Shown in pieces: positions 6,177-15,403 of a stretch of 64,000 nucleotides of DNA. A program made the translations under genes and the position numbers. The stretch covers positions 32,599 to 96,598 of the forward strand of contig CAMHNQ010000003.1 of NCBI GenBank assembly GCA_946186495.1, in the 5' to 3' direction. This DNA is from an uncultured Bacteroidales bacterium (GTDB lineage Bacteria > Bacteroidota > Bacteroidia > Bacteroidales > WCHB1-69). Positions within the stretch are counted from its first letter, which is position 1; every line of letters starts with the position of its first letter. Below the pieces are notes generated by a model. It saw only the letters and a program-made list of their open reading frames with translations, searched no databases and was not told the origin of the DNA.

Positions 6177-8105
6177 TTATAATTCACTCAATTCAAGCCA
6201 CTCCGTCTCTTTCTCCTCCAATTCTTCTTTCACCTTTTCGTAGTCGCGGTACAATTCCCCGGATGCGATGGCGGCAGCATAGTGCTCCGGATCCGCCAGC
6301 TTCGCTTCGATTTCGGTTTGCCGCTGCTGCAGGGCCGCCATCTCGTCCTCCAGCTTCCGGAGCCGGTTCTTTCGCTTGCGGTCTTCGGCCTCTCGCTGCT
6401 TTTTCTGCTCCCACAATTCTTTGCTACTGGAGACTTTCTCTCCAAAGGCACCATTCTCGGCGACGTTTCGACTTTGCAGCTCGTTCAGTGTCTCCATCCT
6501 ACGCTGCGCCAGGAAATCATAGACATCGCCCGTGAAGGCGTGCATCTGATGGTTTTTGAACTCATACACCTTGGAAGTCAACCCTTGCAGAAAATCTCGG
6601 TCGTGGGAGACGAGGATCAAGCTGCCCTCATATTGCAGCAAGGCATTCTTGAGCACATCCTTGGAGGGCATGTCGAGGTGATTGGTAGGCTCGTCGAGTA
6701 TGAGCAGGTTAAAGGGAGAGAGCAGCAGCTTGGCGAGAGCCAGCCGCGCTTTCTCGCCACCCGAAAGCACCCTGACTTTCTTCTCTGTATCTTCTGTGTC
6801 GAAGAGGAAACTGCCGAGAATAGTGCGGATTTTGGGTCGTATGTCGCCCACCGCGACGTCGTCGATGGTTTCGAAAACCGTCTTGTCGGGATTCAGCAGT
6901 TGTGCCTGGTTTTGGGCATAATAGCCGACCACGACTTGGTAGCCGAGCTGCAGCTCGCCGCTTTCAGGGGGAAGCGACCCCACAATGGCTTTCACCATAG
7001 TCGACTTGCCTTCGCCATTGCGTCCCACAAACGCCACCCGCTCGCCGCGTTCCAAACGGAAATCGACCCCATTGAGCACACCTGGCTTCGTGTCGTAGCC
7101 AAGACTGAGGCCCTTGCTCTCCACCACCACTAATCCAGAATGCGGTGCGGGAGGGAATTTGAAGGAGATGGAGCTGGTGTCGTACTCATCCACGGCAATG
7201 CGGTCCATTTTCTCCAGCATCTTGATGCGGCTCTGCACCTGACGCGCTTTCGTGGCCTTATAGCGGAAACGTTCGATGAAGCGTTCTATCTGCGCGATCT
7301 CTTTTTGCTGGTTTTCATACGCAGACTGCTGGCTTTCAATACGCTCCAAGCGCCGTTCAACATATTGCGAATAACTGCACTTATAGTCTTGGATGCTACC
7401 CAAAGTGATTTCGATGGTCCGGTTGGTCACCCGGTCGAGGAAGGCGCGGTCATGGGAGACCAGGATGACGCAGCCGTCATAGTTGGCCAGGTAGTCCTCC
7501 AGCCACTGGATGGACTCGATGTCGAGATGGTTTGTAGGCTCGTCCAACAGGATGATTTCGGGTTTCTGCAGGAGGATTTTGGCCAAGCAGACGCGCATCT
7601 GCCAGCCGTTGCTGAAAGAGGACATGGGTTGGTGGAACTCCTCGCGAAGGAAGCCCATGCCCGCCAGCACCTTCTCCGTGTCAGCCTCCATCGTGTTACC
7701 GCCGAGATGCTGGTATCGGTCGTTCAAATCGGAAAGTTGCTGCGTCAACTGGGCATACTCTTCGGACTCGTAGTCGGCACGCTCCGAAAGAGCCACCGAT
7801 ATCCGTTCCATTTTCCGTTCCATGGCCTGGATTTCCGAAAATGCGGAGACTGCCTCGTCCCATACGGAAAGCGGCGAATTTCCGACCAGCTCCTGCGGGA
7901 GGTATCCTACGCGATGCCCGGAGGTGATGACCATGGTGCCCGATGCCGGTTCTATGTCGCGGTGGATAATCTTCAGCAGCGTGGATTTGCCTGCGCCGTT
8001 GTGACCGACCAACCCGATCCTGTCGCGGTCGCCTGCCACAAAAGAGACATCCTTGAAAAGGAAGTCTCCCGTGAAATTCACCGACAATTTGTTGATTTGA
8101 ATCAT
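6177..8105 (-). CDS. ABC-F family ATPase (two ABC cassettes, no TM domain)
   Basis: GHNGAGKST and GRNGEGKST Walker A motifs, LSGGEK signature, two ILLDEPTNHLD-type Walker B motifs, charged coiled-coil C-terminus. 642 aa. Confidence 0.9.
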   Translation of the reverse strand: MIQINKLSVNFTGDFLFKDVSFVAGDRDRIGLVGHNGAGKSTLLKIIHRDIEPASGTMVITSGHRVGYLPQELVGNSPLSVWDEAVSAFSEIQAMERKMERISVALSERADYESEEYAQLTQQLSDLNDRYQHLGGNTMEADTEKVLAGMGFLREEFHQPMSSFSNGWQMRVCLAKILLQKPEIILLDEPTNHLDIESIQWLEDYLANYDGCVILVSHDRAFLDRVTNRTIEITLGSIQDYKCSYSQYVERRLERIESQQSAYENQQKEIAQIERFIERFRYKATKARQVQSRIKMLEKMDRIAVDEYDTSSISFKFPPAPHSGLVVVESKGLSLGYDTKPGVLNGVDFRLERGERVAFVGRNGEGKSTMVKAIVGSLPPESGELQLGYQVVVGYYAQNQAQLLNPDKTVFETIDDVAVGDIRPKIRTILGSFLFDTEDTEKKVRVLSGGEKARLALAKLLLSPFNLLILDEPTNHLDMPSKDVLKNALLQYEGSLILVSHDRDFLQGLTSKVYEFKNHQMHAFTGDVYDFLAQRRMETLNELQSRNVAENGAFGEKVSSSKELWEQKKQREAEDRKRKNRLRKLEDEMAALQQRQTEIEAKLADPEHYAAAIASGELYRDYEKVKEELEEKETEWLELSEL

Positions 8106-8113
8106 TCGGTAGT

Positions 8114-8134
8114 GGTTATGGGTTATGGATTATT
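8114..8134 (-). repeat. tandem heptamers (GGTTATG x2 + GATTATT; CATAACC on the mRNA strand) abutting the ABC-F start codon
   Basis: Read directly from the sequence. Lies in the 55-bp ftsW/ABC-F spacer. Confidence 0.6.
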
Positions 8135-8160
8135 GAAGTTAGGGGGCGTCGTTTGCCGCG

Positions 8161-9318
8161 TCATCGTCTCAACATCTCAAACGGGTCCTCTTTCCGACTT
8201 TCGAGATAGGAGACCTTGCCTATGTTGAGGAGCATGCCCATGGCACAGCCGGAGACGAAGAGCGAGGCTCCGCCGCTGCTGATGAACGGCAGCGTCTGCC
8301 CGGTGGTGGGCAGCAGTTCGCAGTTCACGCCGATGTGCACGAGCGCCTGGCAGGTGAACCAGAACCCGATGCCAAACGCCAGTAGCCTCCCGAAGTCGCC
8401 CGTGGCCTCTTTGGCGATCTTCCTGGCCCGGTAGAAGAGAATCAGGTAGGCGAAAAGGATGGCCACGCCAACCACAATGCCGGTCTCCTCGAACAGGGAT
8501 GCGAATGCGTAGTCCGTCTCTTTTTCGGGCAGCCGGTTCTTGATGACGCCCTTGCCGGGCCCCGCAGGGTTGAAGCCTGAGCGGGCGATAGCCGAACGCG
8601 CCAGAATCATCTGGTCACCGTATCCGTCTATGTTGTCTTTGGTGATGTAATACTCCCAACGGTTGATGAACGTTGCCATACGGCCGATCTGCGACTTCTT
8701 GTCGTCGCTCAGGTTCGCCACCACAATCACGGCCAAAATCAACAATGCCGAAACGATGCCGACCATCCCCGCAATGTCGCGAAGCTTGAAACCGCCCACA
8801 AAGAAGATCACCATCCCCGTGACGAACAGGATAATTGCCGTTGACATATTCAGGATGGCTATCCCCATGCAGAAACCGCCTAACAGGAGAAACAGATAAC
8901 GGACATTCGCCCGGGAGAGCTCCCCATGGTTATGGTATTGCCGTGCAATGTAGTTGGAGATGTAGAAAATGATGAGAAATCCGATGAAATAGAACGTCTG
9001 CACGTCCCGGCCGAAGATCGTGACACCGCGAACCGCTTCCGAGAACAATGTCAAGACGAGCAGGACGATGGCGACCACCAAAACCACCGGGGCAAACACA
9101 CCCATCTTCCGGTAGTCAACCTGGTACACCAGAAACATCCCGACATATCCGAACAGCAGGTGCTTGAGATGCTGCAGCACCACCTGGCCGCGCATACTGT
9201 AGACCATGACGACAGAAACCACCGTCAGGAACACCACCACGATGGGGATGATCTTGTCGGACTTGAAATGGATTCGCCGGAGCAACGGGACTTTCGCCGC
9301 AGAAGTATCGGTATCCAT
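8161..9318 (-). CDS. ftsW: FtsW/RodA (SEDS) family cell-division protein
   Basis: Polytopic membrane protein; GQTLPFISSGGASL near the C-terminus; occupies the ftsW slot of the dcw block. Confidence 0.85.
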   Translation of the reverse strand: MDTDTSAAKVPLLRRIHFKSDKIIPIVVVFLTVVSVVMVYSMRGQVVLQHLKHLLFGYVGMFLVYQVDYRKMGVFAPVVLVVAIVLLVLTLFSEAVRGVTIFGRDVQTFYFIGFLIIFYISNYIARQYHNHGELSRANVRYLFLLLGGFCMGIAILNMSTAIILFVTGMVIFFVGGFKLRDIAGMVGIVSALLILAVIVVANLSDDKKSQIGRMATFINRWEYYITKDNIDGYGDQMILARSAIARSGFNPAGPGKGVIKNRLPEKETDYAFASLFEETGIVVGVAILFAYLILFYRARKIAKEATGDFGRLLAFGIGFWFTCQALVHIGVNCELLPTTGQTLPFISSGGASLFVSGCAMGMLLNIGKVSYLESRKEDPFEMLRR

Positions 9319-9324
9319 AAGGCA

Positions 9325-9882
9325 TCAGAGTTGTGCGACAGAAGCCTTGAAGCGTTCGCCCCGCTCGCGGTAGGTGACTTGGCCGCTGCCGTGAATGCCG
9401 GGGGCATACAGCACCACATCGCCCCGCTCGCAGGAATAGAAAGCGTGGTTCACCGCATCCTCCATACTCATCGTCATCATCACCGGGACCCCCGTCTCCG
9501 CAATCTTCTGATACACGTCGACATTGTAAACCCCTTGCAGCACAACTTCCTTCACTTTCTTGCGAACTTCCTCAAGTATATCATCGGTCAAGACTTCAGG
9601 TGTGTCAATGTTGGTGATCCACACGGTGGGCCTGGTCATCGACTGCAGCGAGTACCACACGGCATTGGCCGTGGTGGAACGCGCGTCGTCGATGAACTCC
9701 ACGCCGGAAAAGCTCTTCACACGCTCCAGCTTATGGGCGCTCCCCTCAAAATCGGACAAAGACTCGGCAATGTTCTTCTGACGCAGGCGGATAAGGTGCT
9801 CCGAGAGCGTCCCCACCCGCGGGTTATAGGTCTCTTTGGCTTGTTCAAACAAGCGGAAACTGTTCGTTTTTTTTGTAGGCAT
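9325..9882 (-). CDS. MurD C-terminal-domain-only protein (degenerate), in the murD slot
   Basis: The 185-aa product aligns by eye only to the C-terminal domain of MurD: SDFEGSAHKLERV..GVEFIDDARSTTANAVWYSLQSM..VVLYAPG..ERGERF. The N-terminal and central P-loop domains are absent, and only 59 bp separate it from the mraY stop. Confidence 0.7.
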   Translation of the reverse strand: MPTKKTNSFRLFEQAKETYNPRVGTLSEHLIRLRQKNIAESLSDFEGSAHKLERVKSFSGVEFIDDARSTTANAVWYSLQSMTRPTVWITNIDTPEVLTDDILEEVRKKVKEVVLQGVYNVDVYQKIAETGVPVMMTMSMEDAVNHAFYSCERGDVVLYAPGIHGSGQVTYRERGERFKASVAQL

Positions 9883-9884
9883 AT

Positions 9885-9929
9885 GGTTTTGGTTTAGGTT
9901 AATGGTTAATAGTTGAAGGTTAATGGATT
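9885..9929 (-). repeat. tandem GGTTAAT-type heptamers in the mraY/murD-like spacer
   Basis: ggttttggtttaggttaatggttaatagttgaaggttaatggattag, immediately 5' of ATG 9882 on the mRNA strand. Confidence 0.55.
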
Positions 9930-9941
9930 AGAAATTAAAAA

Positions 9942-11204
9942 TTATCGTATTTTGAGTGTGGCAAGGGTTAGTACAGCCAGCAACATACTGATTACTATGA
10001 AGCGTTGCACGATTTTGGACTCATGCATGCCTTTCTTCTGGAAATGGTGATGCAACGGAGCCATCTTGAAAATCCGGCGACCTTCGCCGTAGCGCTTCTT
10101 CGTGTATTTGAAGTAGGACACCTGCATAATCACTGAGATGGACTGCGCCAGGTAAACCCCGCAAAGAATCGGAATCAGGAGTTCCTTCCGGATAATGATA
10201 CAGGAGACAGCCACGATGCCTCCCAACGTCAGGCTGCCCGTATCACCCATGAAGACCTGGGCTGGATAGCAGTTCCACCAGTAAAAGCCGATGCAGGCCC
10301 CTATCACGGCGGAAATGAAGATCACAAGCTCCCCGATATTAGGTATATACATAATATCCAAATAGTTGGCAAAAATCACGTTGCCCGACACGTAGGCCAG
10401 CAAAGCAATGCCCACCGCCACTGTGGCTGTGGTGCCTGTCGCCAGACCGTCCAGGCCGTCCGTAAGGTTTGCACCGTTGGAGACTGCGGCGATGATGAAG
10501 ACAATGATCGGGATAAAAATCAGGAACGACCACTTTCCGGTTTTGTCACCCAACCAACGGGTGAGTACGGAATAGTCCAGCTCATGGTTCTTGAAGAACG
10601 GTATGGTCGTCTTGGAGGAATGGTGCGGCTCGTCAAAAAGTCTCGGGGTGTGCGCATTATCCTGATTCTCCACGCGGAGAAGTTCATTGGAGGTGACCTC
10701 TGTCACCTGTTTTGTCGGAACTTTTTTCTCGCAAATGACGGCATCCGGATGAAAGTACATGACCGAGCCGACCACCAGGCCGAGCAGGATCTGCCCGACA
10801 AGCTTCTTTCGCGGGGAAAGACCATCCTTGTTTTTCTTGAAGACTTTGATATAATCGTCCGAAAAACCCAGGATTCCGAGCCATATCGTAGTGAAAATCA
10901 TCAAGATAATGTAGATATTCTTCAAATCGCAGAACAATAGCACGGGCAACAAGATGGCGGCGATGATGATGAGGCCGCCCATGGTCGGCGTACCGGCCTT
11001 TTCACTTTGACCGGCCAAGCCCAACTCCCGGACACTTTCACCTATCTGTTTCTTCCTCAATACATTGATAAAATACTTCCCGAAAAAGATGGCGATAATC
11101 AATGCCACGACAAAAGCCAATGCGGAACGGAAAGATATATACTGGAAGATTCCGGTACCCGGATACCTGTATTCGTGAAGCCAAGAAAAAAAATAATACA
11201 ACAT
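9942..11204 (-). CDS. mraY: phospho-N-acetylmuramoyl-pentapeptide transferase
   Basis: SDDYIKVFKK, MGDTGSLTLGG and APLHHHFQKKG motifs. 420 aa; dcw position. Confidence 0.95.
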   Translation of the reverse strand: MLYYFFSWLHEYRYPGTGIFQYISFRSALAFVVALIIAIFFGKYFINVLRKKQIGESVRELGLAGQSEKAGTPTMGGLIIIAAILLPVLLFCDLKNIYIILMIFTTIWLGILGFSDDYIKVFKKNKDGLSPRKKLVGQILLGLVVGSVMYFHPDAVICEKKVPTKQVTEVTSNELLRVENQDNAHTPRLFDEPHHSSKTTIPFFKNHELDYSVLTRWLGDKTGKWSFLIFIPIIVFIIAAVSNGANLTDGLDGLATGTTATVAVGIALLAYVSGNVIFANYLDIMYIPNIGELVIFISAVIGACIGFYWWNCYPAQVFMGDTGSLTLGGIVAVSCIIIRKELLIPILCGVYLAQSISVIMQVSYFKYTKKRYGEGRRIFKMAPLHHHFQKKGMHESKIVQRFIVISMLLAVLTLATLKIR

Positions 11205-11218
11205 AACTAACTTATTTA

Positions 11219-12688
11219 CTATATATTGAGAAAGGATTTCAATTCTTCCGTATCATCAAAATGGTGTTTCACATGGTTTATTTCCTGATAGGTCTCATGA
11301 CCTTTGCCGGCCACCAAGAGCACCCCGTCCGGCGGCAGCATCATGCAGGCTGCCTTTATGGCCTCGCGCCGGTTCTCGATGACCGACACGTAACGGGACT
11401 TGGATGCCGGCACACCTTTCCGCATGTCATCCAGGATGGCCATCGGATCTTCCGTGCGCGGGTTGTCGGAGGTCAGCAAGACTTTTGAGCTGTATTTGCA
11501 TGCGATTTCTGCCATCTCCGGACGCTTGAGCGCATCTCGGTCGCCGCCGCAGCCCACAACCGTGATCACCTCAGTCTCCTTGCCGACAATATCACGGATG
11601 GTCTTCAGCACATTTTCCAGCGCGTCAGGCGTGTGCGCGTAATCCACAATGGCCGTTCCGCCATCCTTGGCACGCAACATCTGGAAACGCCCGGCAGCGC
11701 TGTCCAGCAGGCTCATCTTCGTCAGCACCGTCTCCGCTTCCATCCCCAACAGCACCGCCGTCCCATAGATAGCCAGGAGATTGTAGGCATTGAACTTGCC
11801 GCAGAGCTTGAAATAGACTTCCCGATTGTTGATGCGCATATGCAATCCCGAAAAGGCATTCTCCATCACCACGCCCTTGAAATCGGCAGCCGTACGCAGG
11901 CTGTATGTGTGGACGGTTGCCTTGGTGTTCTGGACCATCACACGGCCGTTCTTGTCGTCCACATTGGTCAACGCGAAGGCACTTTTGGGCAATTTGTCGA
12001 AAAAGGACTTTTTGGCGGCAATGTAGTTCGCGAAAGTCTTGTGGAAGTCCAAATGGTCGTGGGTGATGTTGCTGAAGATAGCCCCGGCAAACCTCAACCC
12101 AGACACCCGATGTTGACACAAAGCATGGGAACTCACTTCCATAAAGCAGTATTCACACTGATATTCGACCATTTGCGAAAGCAAGCGATTGAGCTCCACT
12201 GCATCTGGCGTGGTGTGGGTCGCCGGCACCTCCGCATCGCCAATGCGATTGACGATGGTGGACAACAGACCCGTGCGATGGCCCATCAGCATGAACAGGC
12301 GGTGCAGCAGCGTCACCGTGGTGGTTTTCCCGTTCGTGCCGGTGATGCCGACGAGTTTGAGCTTCCGGCTCGGGTGGTCGTAAAAAGCGTCAGCGAGCAG
12401 TCCAAGGGCCACGGCACTGTCGGGCACCCTGATGTAGCAGACATTCTCCGAGATCTCTTCCGGCAACGTCTCGCAAACTACGGCACGACACCCTTGCGCC
12501 ACGGCAGCCCCGATGTATTTATGTCCATCCGTTTGAGTACCGCGCTGGGCCACATACAGTTGCGTCGCGCCTTCGGTCTGCTCTGACACGTTGCGCGAAT
12601 CGAACAGGATCTCCGTGACGTTCCACGCCGTCTCTCCTGTCAACTCATACGAGCGCAACGCTTTCAGCAATATATCCAGTGGTTTCAT
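11219..12688 (-). CDS. murE: UDP-N-acetylmuramoyl-tripeptide synthetase (MurE)
   Basis: GITGTNGKTTT P-loop and DNPRTEDP motif. ATG 12688 (MKPLDILL) is preferred over the TTG at 12739. Confidence 0.9.
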   Translation of the reverse strand: MKPLDILLKALRSYELTGETAWNVTEILFDSRNVSEQTEGATQLYVAQRGTQTDGHKYIGAAVAQGCRAVVCETLPEEISENVCYIRVPDSAVALGLLADAFYDHPSRKLKLVGITGTNGKTTTVTLLHRLFMLMGHRTGLLSTIVNRIGDAEVPATHTTPDAVELNRLLSQMVEYQCEYCFMEVSSHALCQHRVSGLRFAGAIFSNITHDHLDFHKTFANYIAAKKSFFDKLPKSAFALTNVDDKNGRVMVQNTKATVHTYSLRTAADFKGVVMENAFSGLHMRINNREVYFKLCGKFNAYNLLAIYGTAVLLGMEAETVLTKMSLLDSAAGRFQMLRAKDGGTAIVDYAHTPDALENVLKTIRDIVGKETEVITVVGCGGDRDALKRPEMAEIACKYSSKVLLTSDNPRTEDPMAILDDMRKGVPASKSRYVSVIENRREAIKAACMMLPPDGVLLVAGKGHETYQEINHVKHHFDDTEELKSFLNI

Positions 12689-12701
12689 TGTCTTTGTCAA
12701 A

Positions 12702-12730
12702 GGTTTTAGGTTATGGTTATGGTGGTTTAT
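12702..12730 (-). repeat. GGTTAT(G) tandem repeats in the ftsI/murE spacer
   Basis: ggttttaggttatggttatggtggtttat, 14 nt 5' of the murE ATG on the mRNA strand. Confidence 0.5.
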
Positions 12731-12735
12731 ACGAT

Positions 12736-15000
12736 TCAATGATCCAGATAAAGTTTCACAATTCCGGTCTGGCTGTCGTGGACTTGTGACTTGACCCGCC
12801 CTTTGCCGATGACACGGACTTCATATCCGGCACGGATGAGTTCCGTGACAGCATCGGAGGCGAGCATCCCGCGCACATCAGGCATTTTCTGGAACTCCTT
12901 CATCTGGAGAGCCACAGCCGTCACGTGACGGTTGGTGTCAGCCCTATCCACACGCATATACGGAGCCGTCGTCTCATAAGTCACCGTATCGTAGCCCAAA
13001 CCGCTCAGCAGGGTGTTGAAGTACTTTTTGCGCACCGGCGCGGTACGTCCTATCGGGGTGAAAGGCGCGTCGGCGGCACGGCGGGTGGCGCTGTAGTTGG
13101 AGCTGTTCATGATACTGCGCGCGATTTTCGCAAAGGCGTCGACGGCCACTGTGCTGTGATGCGGCACACCGTAGATATAGACGATGACCGTGTATTGAGG
13201 CTTGTCCATAGGGAAATAGCCGCAGAACGAGACCGCGTTGACATCCTTCCGGTAGTCACGGATGGTCTCATCCCATATGTCACGGGTTCCCGTCTTCCCC
13301 GCGAACATGCAGTTCTCGTCGCGGAACCGGCGTGCCGTGCCATGCTCGCCCCACACCACCTGCTCCAGATAGTGCCGGGCTTTGCGAACCGTAGAGGCCG
13401 AGGCTATGGAATCCATCAGCACCTGTGGCTCAAAACGCTGGACGGTATCATACGTATCCGTGACATAACGCACGAACAGGGGGGCCATCATCTTGCCGCC
13501 ATTGGCGATGGCATTGTAATAAACCAATGTACGAATAATCGGGACATTGAAGCCTGCGCCGAAGCAGGTGGCGTAATAGGTGTTGAAATCGTTGGTGCCG
13601 TCTTTGATTTTCGCCGGCATGACATCCCCGAGTTGTGTGTGGAGGGTGTCCAAGAGACCCATTTTCCTCAGTTGTGCAAGATATTGCGGAAATCCTCTTT
13701 TCCCGTACGACTCGAAGATCATGCTGGCCATGCCGACATTGGACGAGCGCTGGAACACCTCCAAGGCGGGGACCTCCACGGAGGGGTACTGGTAGTCCAC
13801 TTTCGTGTAATGCTTCACTTGGCCGGACTTGGTGGGATAGTCGAACGTGTGGTTATAGATTGGATACCGCCCCACCGTGTCGTTGGGGGTCTTCTCGAGA
13901 TAGGCCAGCAGGGAAGCGAGCTTGAACGTGGAGCCCGGCTCCACCTTTGCATTGAGGGCGTATTCCATGCTTTCGGTGTAGTAGGAGGCATCGGCGGCAG
14001 CGCGGCGGAGGTTGGAGATGGCCTTGATTTCGCCCGTCTTGGTCTCCATCACGATGGCGCAACCCCATTCGGCATTCAGTTCCGACAGCTTCCGGGAAAG
14101 TTCGTTGTGGACGGCATGTTGGATCTCCAACTTTATGGTTGTATGGATGTTATGTCCGTCAACGGGATCCAGGCGGTCGCGCAGCGGCACCTTGGCGTGA
14201 TTCAGTTCCAGATACTTCTTGCTCCCCTCCACCCCTGCCAGGATGCTGTTCATCGAATGCTCAAGGCCGTACTGGCGGTCGGGGGTCTCCACGCCGAGTG
14301 TCCGCTTGGCCATCTCCCCGTAAGGGTTGATGCGCACGTTGGTGGAGACGAAGTTGAGATGGGTGTGAACTGTCCGCCTCCGCACCGTGTCGCCCGACTT
14401 CTCGCTCCATACATATTTATATAAGTAGGGTCTGTTCTTGATGAAAGCGGTATCGACTCCGGTCACCCATATCCGTTCGTCCCATTCCCTCACCGGGAAG
14501 AGGGTCGCATAACGGTGATTCCGGATATTGCCTGTGAAGAACTGGTAGTAGTAGTCGGCGTTGTACCTCGGGAACCTGTCCTTGAACTGGGTGTAGAAGT
14601 CGTCGGCCAGTTTGCGGAAGATTTCGTCGTAGGCCTTCGGGTTGCGCTTGAGGGTGTCCTGATACTCGCGTGCGAAGCCCTTGCCGTCGAAGGCGACCTC
14701 GAACACAGTGAAGTTGGCCACAAGCACGCGCCCCCGGTCGTCGTAAATCTCGCCACGTAGCGGACGAAGGGTGTTTTCGCGGACGTAGCAATAGGTGTCG
14801 CCCGTGACCTTGTCCTCCCAACCGGGTTCCGTAGTGTCCACGCACTTGTCAGAGGTTCCCGACGCGAGGGCGCGTTCCGCGACGGAGAGGTATAGAATCT
14901 TCGCCAAGCAGGCGATGCCCGCCAGCACCATCATCAGATAGACGGCGGTCATTCTCCGCATCACGGAGGGGGAGGTCTCTTGCTTGCTATTGGTCTTCAT
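12736..15000 (-). CDS. ftsI: penicillin-binding protein (FtsI/PBP3-like transpeptidase)
   Basis: STFK, SSN and KTGT active-site motifs; N-terminal TM anchor. 754 aa. Confidence 0.9.
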   Translation of the reverse strand: MKTNSKQETSPSVMRRMTAVYLMMVLAGIACLAKILYLSVAERALASGTSDKCVDTTEPGWEDKVTGDTYCYVRENTLRPLRGEIYDDRGRVLVANFTVFEVAFDGKGFAREYQDTLKRNPKAYDEIFRKLADDFYTQFKDRFPRYNADYYYQFFTGNIRNHRYATLFPVREWDERIWVTGVDTAFIKNRPYLYKYVWSEKSGDTVRRRTVHTHLNFVSTNVRINPYGEMAKRTLGVETPDRQYGLEHSMNSILAGVEGSKKYLELNHAKVPLRDRLDPVDGHNIHTTIKLEIQHAVHNELSRKLSELNAEWGCAIVMETKTGEIKAISNLRRAAADASYYTESMEYALNAKVEPGSTFKLASLLAYLEKTPNDTVGRYPIYNHTFDYPTKSGQVKHYTKVDYQYPSVEVPALEVFQRSSNVGMASMIFESYGKRGFPQYLAQLRKMGLLDTLHTQLGDVMPAKIKDGTNDFNTYYATCFGAGFNVPIIRTLVYYNAIANGGKMMAPLFVRYVTDTYDTVQRFEPQVLMDSIASASTVRKARHYLEQVVWGEHGTARRFRDENCMFAGKTGTRDIWDETIRDYRKDVNAVSFCGYFPMDKPQYTVIVYIYGVPHHSTVAVDAFAKIARSIMNSSNYSATRRAADAPFTPIGRTAPVRKKYFNTLLSGLGYDTVTYETTAPYMRVDRADTNRHVTAVALQMKEFQKMPDVRGMLASDAVTELIRAGYEVRVIGKGRVKSQVHDSQTGIVKLYLDH

Positions 15001-15403
15001 GCTTGCGCTCCTTTCTTTTAAACCAACGACGTTTCTGCACGGGTTTCGGGGTCTCCTTGACCGTGAAGTTGTGCTTCTCGTCCGTGATGAAGCCTCTTTC
15101 CTGCATCCTCTGGATGAGGATCTTGTTCTTTTCGTACGGAATAAACTGGTTGTTAGCCTTCAGCTTGCTGATTTCCGCCTTATACGTGTTTTCGAGTTCA
15201 ACAATCCTTTTCAGCTTCATGCTGATCCGTTGCTCGCTAATCACCAGCAGCGTGACGAGCACGATGACAAAGAAAAAGTAGAAATACCACGGGCGCATCT
15301 GTTTTTTCGCCAATATCTCGCCTCCGAAGATATTGGAGAAAAACCTGCCGAACCCGGTTTTCTCCGGTTGCTGCTCCCTGTTGGTTTTAGATGTTGTTTC
15401 CAT
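14987..15403 (-). CDS. FtsL-like small bitopic cell-division protein
   Basis: 138 aa with a single TM (WYFYFFFVIVLVTLLVI) followed by a coiled-coil-like segment. Slot between rsmH and ftsI, overlapping both neighbours. Confidence 0.6.
   Translation of the reverse strand: METTSKTNREQQPEKTGFGRFFSNIFGGEILAKKQMRPWYFYFFFVIVLVTLLVISEQRISMKLKRIVELENTYKAEISKLKANNQFIPYEKNKILIQRMQERGFITDEKHNFTVKETPKPVQKRRWFKRKERKHEDQ

Noticed and set aside
6282-8228. 283-aa and 362-aa ORFs antisense to the ABC-F gene. Similar long antisense ORFs occur at 12925-14424, 15522-16289, 17461-18516, 31243-32163, 37327-38301, 51806-52855 and 58040-59227.
   Set aside because: Each lies opposite a gene with unambiguous family motifs, and their translations are compositionally biased with no motifs.
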